A DNA stretch of 64,000 nucleotides from Haliotis rufescens (Eukaryota). The notes under the pieces are model-generated. The model had not been told where the DNA came from. It saw only the letters and a list, made by a program, of their open reading frames with translations, and made no database searches. Position numbers and translations under genes: made by a program. Location: assembly GCF_023055435.1 (NCBI RefSeq), contig NW_025963957.1, forward strand, positions 2,790,001 through 2,854,000, read 5' to 3'. This document shows positions 25,902-38,842 of the stretch, one piece after another; positions within the stretch are counted from its first letter, which is position 1; every line of letters begins with the position of its first letter.

Positions 25902-28900
25902 CTAGAAGGAACCCTCGCGACTAAATGCTGCCAGTAGCTTGCGAAGCATCTCATTCAAAGATGTATCCCCAACATTGCATATGCTGCAGCCCACAGTCTT
26001 CCTTATTCCACCTCGTGTGCTGTGACCTTGACCAAAGGTACTAGTAAGGGAGAGAACCCTGTGTGTCATGTTCACGGCCTCTGTATACATGACCTCCACG
26101 TGAACTGCAGGACGGTCCAGTGTCTCGTATGTGCCAGATAAGTATGGTTTTTTTCGCAAATAAATGTTGGTGTACGAATCAAGCTTCAGCAGGTGTGTCT
26201 GACAGAAACTGTCTGCCTGTGATCCTGAATGTGTCAGAACCAAGGTGACGTAGTGAACACGCCTGCGTGAGGGCTTGCAGTAGAAGTCAGCAAAATACAG
26301 ATTTGCTGAATCATCAAAAACCTCGCTCAGTGGCATTTTCACTCTCGTGTCTCCAAAAGGCGACATATCTGGCAGATGTCCATTCCTAAGTGTCACGTTA
26401 AAGAAAAGACCCTTCAGTCTCCCATTTATTGGACAGCGTTGGTCTCCGCCATTGTCCTTCAGATAAGGTTCCATGATGTTATTGTGGTTCTGCCGAATGT
26501 CATCGAAATAGGATGACGGCTTGTTGCGATAGAGGGTAGACACAGTATCAATACTGCCTTCACTGCAGTGGTCCTCAGCTTTACGCAGCAGCTTTCTCAG
26601 ATATTCTGCAATGGGAAATGCACAAGCTGCAGCATGGTTACATCCGGTGCAGTACTGACAATTATAAACGTAGTATGAGATGACAAAATAGGCACAACAG
26701 TGATGAATGGATGAATGGATCACTGAAGTCAGTGATAGCACGGCGAAAGGGGTAAACATATAGATATTAGACAAGACAGCATGTTACGTTCTTAAATGAG
26801 CAGTTCATTGAACTGTCAATTTATTTTGCTTAGTAAATTATATACAATTTATTCGTTTTGTAGACTAAACATAGGGAAGTCATATTTGAATAAAAATCTA
26901 AAAAGTCTAAGGTTAATTATATGTCGAATCCCCCTAGATATTTATGAATACCAAGTGAAACACGAATAACAACTTTCAAGACATGTTTTTTAAAAACTTT
27001 TTCCCTTGTAAACTGACCCGTGAAGACCCGGGGTAGAATAGGTCCTCAGCAGCCCATTCTTGCCATAAAAGGCGACTATGCTTGTCGTAAGAGGCGACTA
27101 ACGGGATCAGGTGGTCAGGCTCGCTGACTTGGTTGATGCACGTCATCGTATCCCAATTGCGTGGATCGATGCTCATGATATTAATCTCTGGATTGTCTGG
27201 TCCAGACTCGATTATTTACAGACCGCCGTCATATAGCTGGAATATTGCTGAGTGCGGCGTCAACCCTTGTAGACTGGTGAGGGCAAACGAATAAATTATA
27301 TCAAAATTTAAATTTGTCTTGAGGAATCTTAGGTTTTCTGTTTCTTTAAGTTTATGATGTTTGTTTTACACCCTTTATTTTGTCGACATCCCTAAAATAT
27401 ATCTGATAATGGAGAATAGTTTCCAAAGTTCCCGTGCTTAACTGCGTCAACAGTATCATGAAACAAAATTCAAGGATTTTTAGTTCGGAAAAAGATACGT
27501 AGTCGTTCGTCCCAGAAATGTGCTTTGTACCCATCTCTTATTCCCAAAGAAGGTAACACTTCGACAACATCTAACAAAACAAGGCATGTTAATAACAGCT
27601 GGACAGCATCCTACCAAACAAGGCATGTTAATACCAGCTTGACAGCATCTTACCAAACAAGGCATGTTAATAACAGCTTGACAGCATCTTACCAAACAAG
27701 GCATGTTAATAACAGCTGAACAACATCTAACCAAACAAGGCATGCTAATGACAGTTGGACAAAATCTAATCAAAGAAGGCATGTTAATAACAGCTGGACA
27801 ACATGTAACCAAGCAAGGCATGTTAATAACAGTTTGCAAACATCTAAGCAAGCAAGCCATGTTAATAAAAGTTTGCCAACATCAAACCAAACAAGGCATG
27901 TTGATGACAGCTGGACAACATCTAACCAAGTAAGGCATGTTAATGACAGCTGGACAACATCTAACCAAGCAAGGAATGTTAATGACAGCTGGACAACATC
28001 TAACCAAGCAAAGCATGTTAATGACAGCTGGACAACATCTTACCAAGCAAGGCATGTTAATAACAGCTGGACAACATCTAACCAAGTAAGGCATGTTAAT
28101 GACAGCTGGACAACATCTTACCAAACAAGGCATGTAAAAGACAGCTGGACAACATCTAACCAAGCAAGGCATGTTAATAACAACTAGACAGCATCTTACC
28201 AAACAAGGAATGTTCATGACAGCTGGACAACATCTAACCAAGCAAGGCATGTTAATGACAGCTGGACAACATCTAACCAAGCAAGGCATGTAAATGACAG
28301 TTGGACAACATCTAATCAACGAAGGCATGTTAATAACAGCTGGACAACATGTAACCAAGCAAGCCATGTTAATAACAACTAGACAGCATCTTACCAAACA
28401 AGGAATGTTCATGACAGCTGGACAACATCTAACCAAGCAAGGCATGTTAATGACAGCTGGACAACATCTAACCAAGCAAGGCATGTTAAAAACAGCTGGA
28501 CAACATCTAACCAAGCAAGGCATGTTAATGACAGCTTGACAGCATCTTACCAAACAAGGCATGTTAATAACAGCTGAACAACATCTAACCAAACAAGGCA
28601 TGTTAATGACAGTTGGACAACATCTAATCAAGCAAGGCATGTTAATAACAGTTTGCAAACATCTAAGCAAGCAAGCAATGTTAATAAAAGTTTGCCAACA
28701 TCAAACCAAACAAGGCATGTTGATGACAGCTGGACAACATCTAGTCAAACAAGGCATGTTAATAACTAGACAGCATCTTACCAAACAAGGCATGTTAATA
28801 ACAGCTAGGCAACATCTTACCAAGCAAGGCATGTTAATGACAGCTGGACAACTTCTAACCAAGCAAGGCATGTTAATGACAGCTGGACAACATCTAACCA

Positions 28901-31900
28901 AGCAAGGCATGTTAATAACAGCTGGACAACATCTTACCAAGCAAGGCATGTTAATGACAGCTGGACAACATCTAACCAAACAAGGCATGTTAATGACAGC
29001 TGGACAACATCTTACCAAACAAGGCATGTTAATGACAGCTGGACAACATCTAACCAAACAAGGCATGTTTATGACAGCTGGACAACATCTAACCAAACAA
29101 GGCATGTTTATGACAGCTGGACAACATCTAACCAAGCAGGGCATGGTAATAACAGCTGGACAACATCTTACCAAGCAAGGCATGTTAATAACAGCTGGAC
29201 AACATCTAACCAAACAAGGCATGTTAATGACAGCTGAACAACATCTTACCAAACAAGGCATGTTAATGACAGCTGGACAACATCTAACCAAACAAGGCAT
29301 GTTTATGACAGCTGGACAACATCTAACCAAGCAGGGCATGGTAATAACAGCTGGACAACATCTAACCAAACAAGGCATGTTAATACCAGCTGGTCAACAT
29401 CTTAGCAAACAAGGCATGTTAATAACAGCTGGACAACATCTTAGCAAACAAGGCATGTTAATAACAATTTGCCAACATCAAACCAAACAAGGCATGTTGA
29501 TGACAGCTGGACAACATCTAGTCAAACAAGGCATGTTAATAACTGGACAGCATCTTACCAAACAAGGCATGTTAATAACAGCTGGACAACATCTAACCAA
29601 GCAAGACATGTTAATGACAGCTGGACAACATCTAACCAAGCAAGGCATGTTAATAACAGCTGGACAACATCTAACCAAACAAAGGCATGTAAATAACAGC
29701 TGGACAACATCTTACCAAACAAGGCATGTTAATGACAGCTGGACAACATCTAACCAAGCAAGGCATGTTAATGACAGCTGGACAACATCTAACCAAGCAA
29801 GGCATGTTAATAACAGCTGGACAACATCTAACCAAGCAAGGCATGTTAATGACAGCTTGACAGCATCTTACCAAACAAGGCATGTTAATAACAGCTGAAC
29901 AACATCTAACCAAACAAGGCATGTTAATGACAGTTGGACAACATCTAATCAACGAAGGCATGTTAATAACAGCTGGACAACATGTAACCAAGCAAGCCAT
30001 GTTAATAAAAGTTTGCCAACATCAAACCAAACAAGGCATGTTGATGACAGCTGGACAACATCTAGTCAAACAAGGCATGTTAATAACTGGACAGCATCTT
30101 ACCAAACAAGGCATGTTTATAACAGCTAGACAACATCTAACCAAGTAAGGCTTGTTAATGACAGCTGGACAACATCTTACCAAACAAGGCATGTTGATGA
30201 CAGCTGGACAACATCTAGTCAAACAAGGCATGTTAATAACTGGACAGCATCTTACCAAACAAGGCATGTTAATAACAGCTAGACAACATCTAACCAAGTA
30301 AGGCATGTTAATGACAGCTGGACAACATCTAACCAAGCAAGGCATGTTAATAACAGCTGGACAACATCTTACCAAGCAAGGCATGTTTATGACAGCTGGA
30401 CAACATCTAACCAAGCAGGGCATGGTAATAACAGCTGGACAACATCTAACCAAACAAGGCATGTAAAAGACAGCTGGACAACATCTTAGCAAACAAGGCA
30501 TGTTAATGACAGCTGGACAACATCTAACCAAGCAAGGCATGTTAAAAACAACTGGACAGCATCTTACCAAACAAGGCATGTTAATGACAGCTGGACAACA
30601 TCTAACCAAGCAGGGCATGTTAATGACAGCTGGACAACATCAAACCAAGCAAGGCATGTTAATGACAGCTGGACAACATCTAACCAAACAAGGCATGTTA
30701 ATGACAGTTGGACAACATCTAATCAAAGAAGGCATGTTAATAACAGCTGGACAACATGTAACCAAGCAAGGCATGTTATTAACAGTTTGCAAACATCTAA
30801 GCAAGCAAGCCATGTTAATAAAAGTTTGCCAACATCAAACCAAACAAGGCATGTTGATGATAGCTGGACAACATCTAGTCAAACAAGGCATGTTAATAAA
30901 TGGACAGCATCTTACCAAACAAGGCATGTTAATAACAGCTAGACAACATCTAACCAAGCAAGGCATGTTAATGACAGCTGGACAACATCTAACCAAGCAA
31001 GGCATGTAAATGACAGTTGGACAACATCTAACAAAGCAAGGCATGTTAATAACAGCTGGACAACATATAACCAAACAAGGCATGTTAATGACAGCTGGAC
31101 AACATCTTACCAAACAAGGCATGTTAATGACAGCTGGACAACATCTAACCAAGCAAGGCATGTTAATAACAACTGGAGAGCATCTTACCAAACAAGGCAT
31201 GTTAATGGAAGCTGGACAACATCTAACCAAGCAGGGCATGTTAATGACAGCTGGACAACATCTAACCAAACAAGGCATGTTAATAACAGCTGGACAACAT
31301 CTTAGCAAACAAGGCATGTTAATAACAGCTGGACAACATCTAAGCAAACAAGGCATGTTAATAACAGTTTGCCAACATCTAACCAAACAAGGCATGTTAA
31401 TAACAGCTGGACAACATCTAACCAAACAAGGCATGTTAATAACAGTTTGCCAACATTTAGCCAAAGTAGGCATGTGTATTACAGTTGGACAACATCTGAT
31501 CTAAGAGGGCAATGTTTATGACACTTTGACAACGTCAAACCAACCAAAGCATGTTTATTTTAGTTGGACAACATTTAACAAAGGAAAGTATTTGATGACA
31601 GTTTGACAACATCTAACCAACATCTAACCATAATATTTTTGATGTTCCCATACTTTACATTCAGTAGAAACATAGTGGCTGTATCCACCATAGTCTTAGA
31701 AATGTCCATTGTCTATTACAGTCTGTCCTTTCATTTGTATTTAACTGTTTGGTTATAGTATGCTTTATCATGTTCACACTCCGCTGTACATGGAACCATT
31801 TTCTTCATCTCCATATCATGTCATCCTGACTATTTTGGCACTAGAAATAATTTGTAAGATTAGGTTGCACAGTTGTAATCTATTGTACTACTGAAGTGCA

Positions 31901-32040
31901 TTGCTTTCTGTGTAATCTGTAGGTGGGGATTAAGTTAAGATCATCAGACAAATAAATGTGTGGCCAAGTGCACGATACAATTCTATCATGAAGTGCCTCC
32001 ACGTTAATCAAACCACACCCTCCTATTGCAACTGGTAAAT

Positions 32041-32073
<33 letters not shown>

Positions 32074-32425
32074 CAGTAGTAGAAAGGTTATTGTTTAAAT
32101 CTCAAAATATTCTCTGTGTTTAGCTCAAGGACAAGAGATGATTTCAAAATGTGTGAGGGAAACTCAGAGTCACCCTCGTGCAGGTGGATAAAGTACGAGC
32201 TATTATAACCCCTGAATGTTCCGGGTTAGAATTGGTTTTCAGCAATTGCCTACGTATAGTAAGATACGACTAAATGGATCGGGTGATCAGGCTCGGCAAC
32301 TACCTTTCAGCATACATTGACGACGTGGGTCGTTGCTCGCAGTATCAATCACTGGATGATCAGATTCGATAAGTAATGGGCTGCAGTCATATACCTAGAA
32401 TATTGATGAGTGCGGCGACACACAC

Positions 32426-32458
<33 letters not shown>

Positions 32459-32564
32459 TCACACGCCACACACACACACTCACACGCCACACACACACAC
32501 CACACACAGAAACACGTTTTGTATCTCTACCTTTCTCATCATTTATGCTTCCTCCTTCAGCCAT
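25902..32564 (-). CDS. PHYHIP C-terminal-domain protein, paralog 4 (two exons, ~245 aa)
   Basis: Exon 1 32564-32531 (MAEGGSINDEK+G, AAG|GTAGAG). Exon 2 26605-25902 (TTGCAG|AATATCTG), phase 1. The 5.9 kb intron contains a 39-bp minisatellite. Confidence 0.85.
27015..27262 (+). mobile_element. SINE-like family B
   Basis: Full head and body. Confidence 0.82.
27563..31630. repeat. 39-bp minisatellite, ~100 copies, in the paralog 4 intron
   Basis: Unit GACAGCTGGACAACATCTAACCAAGCAAGGCATGTTAAT with recurring variant blocks. Confidence 0.95.
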
Positions 32565-32756
32565 TACGCAGTCTCAACCTACTTCCTTTTCTAGTTCCTT
32601 CTTCATACGGTGACTGGACTAGTAATGTTTGTTATTCGTATACGTTGGCACTATTATTATCCCAATACACTCGTGTGCAAACATGTCTGTATTGCCGTAT
32701 CCAACTGTTAACTGCTCGTCAACAACCTTGACATTTTCGTGGATCCTAGAAATGTT

Positions 32757-32810
32757 ACTTTCGCTTTCGATTTCGCATTCTAGGAATGGAGTAAAATAAC
32801 TTTCCTGGAA
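32757..32810 (-). promoter_or_regulatory. ISRE/IRF-type triple GAAA element plus two GAS-type sites, paralog 4
   Basis: GAAATCGAAAGCGAAAGT at 32774-32757, TTCTAGGAA at 32778-32786 and TTCCTGGAA at 32802-32810. Confidence 0.68.
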
Positions 32811-33443
32811 TATTAGAAGTCATCGTTACCGTACTTACAGTCGGTTCATGACCCCCTAGTGTATTTGTTTAAACTATTGCATCGATTCATTCCTCTACAC
32901 CTGTTTCATTGAGTGTGAGGATCAGACCCAGTAATCCATGCTTTTTGTAAAAAGCCTTTTGAGGATTGAGTGCTTACAGAGCGTGGCTGATTGTATGCAC
33001 ATTCACTGCTCATGCTATCAACCACTGTTTCTACTAGAGATGGCAGATACATCTGATAAATTACTTTCATGTTTTTTACGTTGGTGACCGTTTATGCATT
33101 TCATGTGCAGTCTATGATTTTTCATAATCGTTTACTGTTGCAGTATGAAGAAAATATTTGTCATTCAGTCTTATTAAGTGGTCAAGCGTCTTTATATATT
33201 AATTGTTTAAGAAAACTAACGTCACTAATTTCCCATATTTATTAATTATTTATTACTAGTTTATAAACTGCCCTATTATATCTAGATAAACAGAAAACAG
33301 AATTAATATGAAGTAAGAGTTAGCTCACTTGTTTGATTCATATTTGAATAACCATCATATTCAGATTGACATGTGATGTTTGATGCAGAAATAACCTACA
33401 TGCTTCGGTAACTTCATGGTTAACCATTGACTCCTCAACCCTA

Positions 33444-33630
33444 GTGAGTGAGTGAGTGAGTTGGGTTTAACGTCGCTTTAACAGTATTCCAGTTATATTA
33501 CGGCGTCTCAGCTTAATGTGGGAGGAAAGCCCGAAGTGATGCAGGTCTCGGCATTTTCCACTCTGGTGAAACCCACAAGCTCGGGTATGATGCAGACAAA
33601 GTTTCTGGCATGCCCAAGGGACGCAACGAA
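33444..33630 (-). mobile_element. SINE family C, deleted copy
   Basis: The matching copy at 55081-55148 is where the Gypsy element sits. Confidence 0.75.
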
Positions 33631-34600
33631 TTGCGAGGCCCCCAACACAACCCGAAAATGAGGACATGTGTCCATCCTAAATATCCCAGGCAGAATATGG
33701 CTTGAATAGTGCTAAAAAGAGCTTAAAACCCTTTCCTTGGAATCAGCCTGCCCGACAAGAAAAATAGAAATTAGATTTTCATTGTTTATTTTATTTACAA
33801 ATTAAATTAAAAAATATTACAAACATCAAATATACTTATTTGATATATATATCTAAAATCTGAAAGTAATAAAAATTGGAAAACAGACACATACATATAT
33901 AGCTATATATACATCAAACCTATTCCGTTTACATGATGTGATATAAATATCAATATACACATATTGTATCTTTACCCATATATACATATTAGGCAATAAA
34001 GTATATCAGGCGAGATAAAGCATAATCATAATACACCAGCGTGTGAATCCCAAAATTCGATGAAATTAGAAAAGGAAGCTGATTATCCATTTAATGTAAA
34101 AAAAATCGACAAAACCCTTAACCAAGGATAATACTGACATATTGTAATTCTTTTTAACATCCTTATAACAGGATTGTGATGCTTTCCGAAATGGTGTCAA
34201 TTTGTATCAATCCTAATTTCTGGAAAAAATCAGTGTCATGTATTGCCAAAATAAAATTGGTCGGCTCGTCCTTTCAGAGAAAGTCTTTGTTTTGCGACAG
34301 TGACCAAAAATAGATTCTATCTTCACCTCACTTCCAGTTGCACTATCACACTGACTTTGTTTAAATATATAATTAAAAAAATATAAATAAAATGGTGACA
34401 TTTTTCAAATTTGTATCCCTCTGTTGATTTTCATGGCACTTTTAAATCTATGCACTTCAGAGTCGTTTTGTCTTGGGTATCGACCATAAGGGTTAAAGCA
34501 ATATCCAGGAATGCTGATCACTCAGCTCAGTTGCCATAGTTGGAAATATTTCGGTCCTATCACTTTCAAGTATGACCACCACCAATCCATTAAAACGTCA

Positions 34601-36563
34601 TCACCAGACATTGCATATGTCACAATTTTCAGACTTGCTTATTCCTCCTGGCGTGCTGTGACCTTGACCAATGGTGGGAATAGAGGTGAGATGTCGATGG
34701 GACATGTCAATACTCTCTGTATACATGACCTCCACCTGCACTTTAAATTGGTCCAGTGTCATGTATGTGTCAGAAAATTCATCTTTCCACAAATAATTGT
34801 TGTTGTACGGATCGAGCTTGATGAGGTGTCCCCTACAGAAACGGTCTGCTTGTGATCCCGCATCTGTAAGTACCAAGGTCACGTAATGGATGTGTTTGCG
34901 TGAAGGCTTGCAGTAGAAATCAGCAAAGTACAGGTTTGCTGTATCATCAAAGAGTTCATCAAGTGGTACTATCACTCTGGTGTTTCCGAACGGCGACATG
35001 TCTGGAAGATCACCCCCGTACAGCGTCACCCCGAAGAAGAGACCATCAAGTCTCCCGTTTATTGGACAGCGCGGATCCCCTCCATCGTCCTTAACATACG
35101 GTACCATGATGTTACCGTGGTGTCTACGAATGTTTTTGAAGTAGGAGGATGGCTTGTTTCGGTAGAGCTCAGACACCTGGTCATAGTCGTCTCCATCACA
35201 GTGTTCTTCGGCTTTACGTAGCAACTTTCGCAAATAGGCTGCAAGGAGAAGACCAGTTTGTAACTCGCATGCTGATTGACCCTTTATAGACATACATGTA
35301 CATATATTTTATTTTTTTGTTTTCATCTGTTAGTGGAGAAAACTATTAAAGACATTGTAAATGAAACTGAATGATATGGCAACGTTGGGTGAAGATGTGG
35401 TTACCTTCTTTTTTTTATAAAATATTTCAATTCAGTGGACATAAATGTAACATTGACATATGAGGTATATAAGTGTAGCAATTCATGGTATCTTTAAACT
35501 TGATCAGATATGTGAAAATATATATCTTGGATTGACTGATGAAGAATATTAGGTAGATCTGTCAAACTTTTTAATCTTCTATTTTTCGTTGCGATAAACT
35601 TTTCTATTATATTGGCAAGAACAATTATATGGTTGAAAAGATATCTAGAATGGTAATATGAATATCATTTGCAAGTTTCGAGTTTAGGTACACTTCAAAT
35701 TCTAACCAAAATTTCGTTACAAAAGTGCATTCTATATACTGGTATAAGTTTTCATAATCAGAGCTACAAAAGGTTCATATATATATATATATATTTGTGT
35801 AGCCCTGTTAGATATGTTAGATATTCATGTGACATGTGAAAAAGTAACAGGTAAAGAATTACCTTTTTTAAACAAATAAATGTATTCTTATTACACTGGA
35901 AAAGAGTCACACCCGATTTATTGTCTTAATTATGATTACGCTAATCAAACAAAACTAGAAATCGTACCAAAATTTTAAGTTAGACGAGTAAACGATTCAT
36001 CCCCTCGGCTAACCCAGCACACTTTGGTTCAAGAAATGAGAAATTGTGATAAAATCCCCGCTGGACTGCCGCCAAGCCTTGACCGTTATTCTTAACAATT
36101 ACAGGTACTTGGTATATATCCAGACTCAGCCAGCCTGGACTAAACAATAACCCTCGAACTGAATTATTTACTTTGACGAGCAAACGTTTCAGCCACTAGG
36201 CTAGCCAACTGAACTTTGGTTCGGGAATAAGAAACTGTTGATAAAAACCCGCTAGACTGTCGCCAAGCCTTGACCGTTAGTTGATAATTATAAGTATAAG
36301 GGTGTGCACATATAGCAAGAGTCTACAACGCAATTGGATAAATTTACTATGTATTTATTCTTATAGATTGTGATGCACAAATTAGCTATATATCTCTGTC
36401 AACACTGTTTCTCCCTCCCACAAGAGACGTATATCAGGCAGCTGATTCTACTGACTTCGAGCCTAACGACATGTTCCACGAATATGCAACGTTCCAGGAA
36501 ACGGAGCACTTTCTGACTAGGCCATTGTTGGAAACCCTATATTCAAGCAGTGAGGTGAGGTGA

Positions 36564-36645
<82 letters not shown>

Positions 36646-37026
36646 GAGATGAATGTTCTGGAAGGACAAAGTAGAAAGCAGTATGACTTATTCCAGCTGC
36701 ACTATGTCACGACCCACGTTATCAATGCGGGTATTTTTGTGTTCCAGGAAGTAATATCCCCAAATCGGCAGTTGTTAGCCTTCGTTTTGACGCATAGTTT
36801 TGTGTAAATTACTTTTTTCATATTCTTCAATTCCAATTTATACTAAGAGATTACAGCTGTTATCACAAACGAAACTCTTGGCTATCTGTGTCAGTTGATT
36901 GAAAGGCCTATACTGTTCATGAATAACGATGAGCAAATACAAACAACAAACGTGTTAGAAATTGCGGAAATCAACCACATTGATTATTGTATAACTACCT
37001 TTATCCCGGTGCCCTCCTCTGGCCAT
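34601..37026 (-). CDS. PHYHIP C-terminal-domain protein, paralog 5 (two exons, ~221 aa)
   Basis: Exon 1 37026-36999 (MARGGHRDK+G, AAG|GTAGTT). Exon 2 35238-34601 (TTGCAG|CCTATTTG), phase 1, ends CDICNVW*. Confidence 0.85.
36567..36642. repeat. Compound (GT)n(GA)n microsatellite
   Basis: Seen directly. Confidence 0.95.
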
Positions 37027-37540
37027 GTTGCTGGAACAGTGAGTAGAAGCTACGTGTGACCACCGTAACACGAGTTTATTGCCTGTTGTCTAACTTGCAA
37101 GTGTAAACAGACCTATGTATGATTGTGAGTCAGATTTTCTTATGAGCGGGAAAACCGGTTCTATTAATAGATCCATGTAATGGTTATGTTATAGATTATT
37201 ACCTCATGAAATGTTAAATGTCCGAGGGCAGCACTATCGTCGATCGTGGCATCAACGCTCCAACAGCGTCTCGACATCACAGTTGTTTAGATGAAGTTTT
37301 TATGGGAGGAAAGCCAGAAGTGATGCAGGTCTCAGACGTTTACCACTTTGATGAAATCCACAAGCACGGGTATGGTGCTGACAAACCTAGAAACATAATC
37401 GGGGATTCCGGGATTCGAACCGACCGACGTAAGTGAAATCCATTTACACGGTATAGGCATTTTAGTAGGAAAAGGAAAAAGTAGTTCCCATGGAATTGTC
37501 GGATCAATGACATTAGCACCTGGTCTGCGACTGAGTTAAA

Positions 37541-37860
37541 GGCCTTAACAAGCAATATCCAAGCTATAGCAAGGAGGCCTGGAATTTACTCTGGGCCTTA
37601 ACAAGCAATATCCAAGCTATAGCAAGGAGGCCTGGAATTTACTCTGGGCCTTAACAAGCAATATCCAAGCTATAACAAGTAGGCCTGGAATTTACTCTGG
37701 GCCTTAACAAGCAATATCCAAGCTATAACAAGTAGGCCTGGAATTTACTCTGGGCCTTAACAAGCAATATCCAAGCTATAACAAGTAGGCCTGGCATTTA
37801 CTCTGGGCCTTAACAAGCAATATCCAAGCTATAGCAAGGAGGCCTGGCATTTACTCTGGG
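37541..37860. repeat. 53-bp minisatellite, 6 copies
   Basis: Unit GGCCTTAACAAGCAATATCCAAGCTATAGCAAGGAGGCCTGGAATTTACTCTG. Confidence 0.95.
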
Positions 37861-38610
37861 AAAGACAAACCAGTGGTTGAAAAATTGGCAAAACGATCCT
37901 CGACATCTGGGCTAGATGACACAAAATCAGCTGTTCTCCAGAATCTCCGTAGGTCATATGTATATCAAAAAGAACAAAGTAAAAAATAACATGACTGAGC
38001 TAACATATCTGCCACATTCCATAACTCTCCAAATATGTATAGCTGACAGTTCAAGTCTGACAAAGAAAGCTCCTTACTTTTGCAAAGGTACAACTCAGAG
38101 GCCTGTCAAAATACCCATTCGCAACAAGTGACCCAGGAGTAAGAATACCATGTAAAGCTCACTGCGTCTCAGTTGTACCGGTTCCTGGAGGGAGTCGCCA
38201 TCTTTTCAAAACAGTTTTCATTTTGGAACGTGTTACCTTTTTTTGCCTATGGCACATTCTTCTTCCTAATTCCGCCTGGCGTGGTATGACCTTGACCAAG
38301 GGCACCTGTAAGGGAGAGAACCCTGTGTGACATGGCCTCTGTATATATGACCTCCAAGTGAACTCCAGATCGGTTCAGTGTTCTGTATGTACCAGTAAAG
38401 AATCTTTTTCTCAAAATTTAATACATATTCTCATACGGATTCGTTTTGATCAGGTTCTTCCTACAAGATTGGTCAGCTATGAGCCAGTCGCTGTCAAAAC
38501 CTAGTTCATATAATGAATGTGTTTGCGTGACGGCTTGCAGTAGAAAATCGGTAAAGTATAGAAATGCTGATGCATCAGAAACGTCCCTCAGTGATATTGT
38601 CACTCGGGTG

Positions 38611-38842
38611 TTCAGCAACCCATGCTTGCCGTTAAAGGCGACTATGCTCGTCGTAAGTGGCGATTATCGGGATCGGGTGGTCAGCCTCGCTGACTTAGTT
38701 GACAAATGTCATCGTATCCCAATTACGTAGATCGATGCTCATGATGTCAATCACTGGATTATCTTGTCCAGATGCGATTATTTTTAGACCGCCGACATAT
38801 AGCTTGAGTACTGCTGAGTGCGGCGTAAAGCATCAAAATACA
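38611..38842 (+). mobile_element. SINE-like family B, 5' truncated, inside exon 2 of paralog 6
   Basis: Interrupts the coding remnant between the GLPDRLP and NTRV segments. Confidence 0.8.

Noticed and set aside
26606-26774. ORF-track N-terminal extensions of paralogs 3, 4 and 5 (20712, 26774, 35293) as real N-termini
   Set aside because: They are not conserved between paralogs and lie upstream of a conserved acceptor; matching MAxGG micro-exons exist.
27480-31504. Long repetitive ORFs (MPCLVRCCPAVIN)n and (MLMTAGQHLTKQG)n as Cys-rich or structural proteins
   Set aside because: They arise from a 39-bp unit that is open in several frames on both strands. They are broken by frameshifts, intronic, and nearly absent from the paralogous copy.
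35405-36000. Alternative first exons for paralog 5 (ATG at 35442 or 36000)
   Set aside because: Wrong phase or an in-frame stop; the exon at 37026-36999 fits the family pattern.
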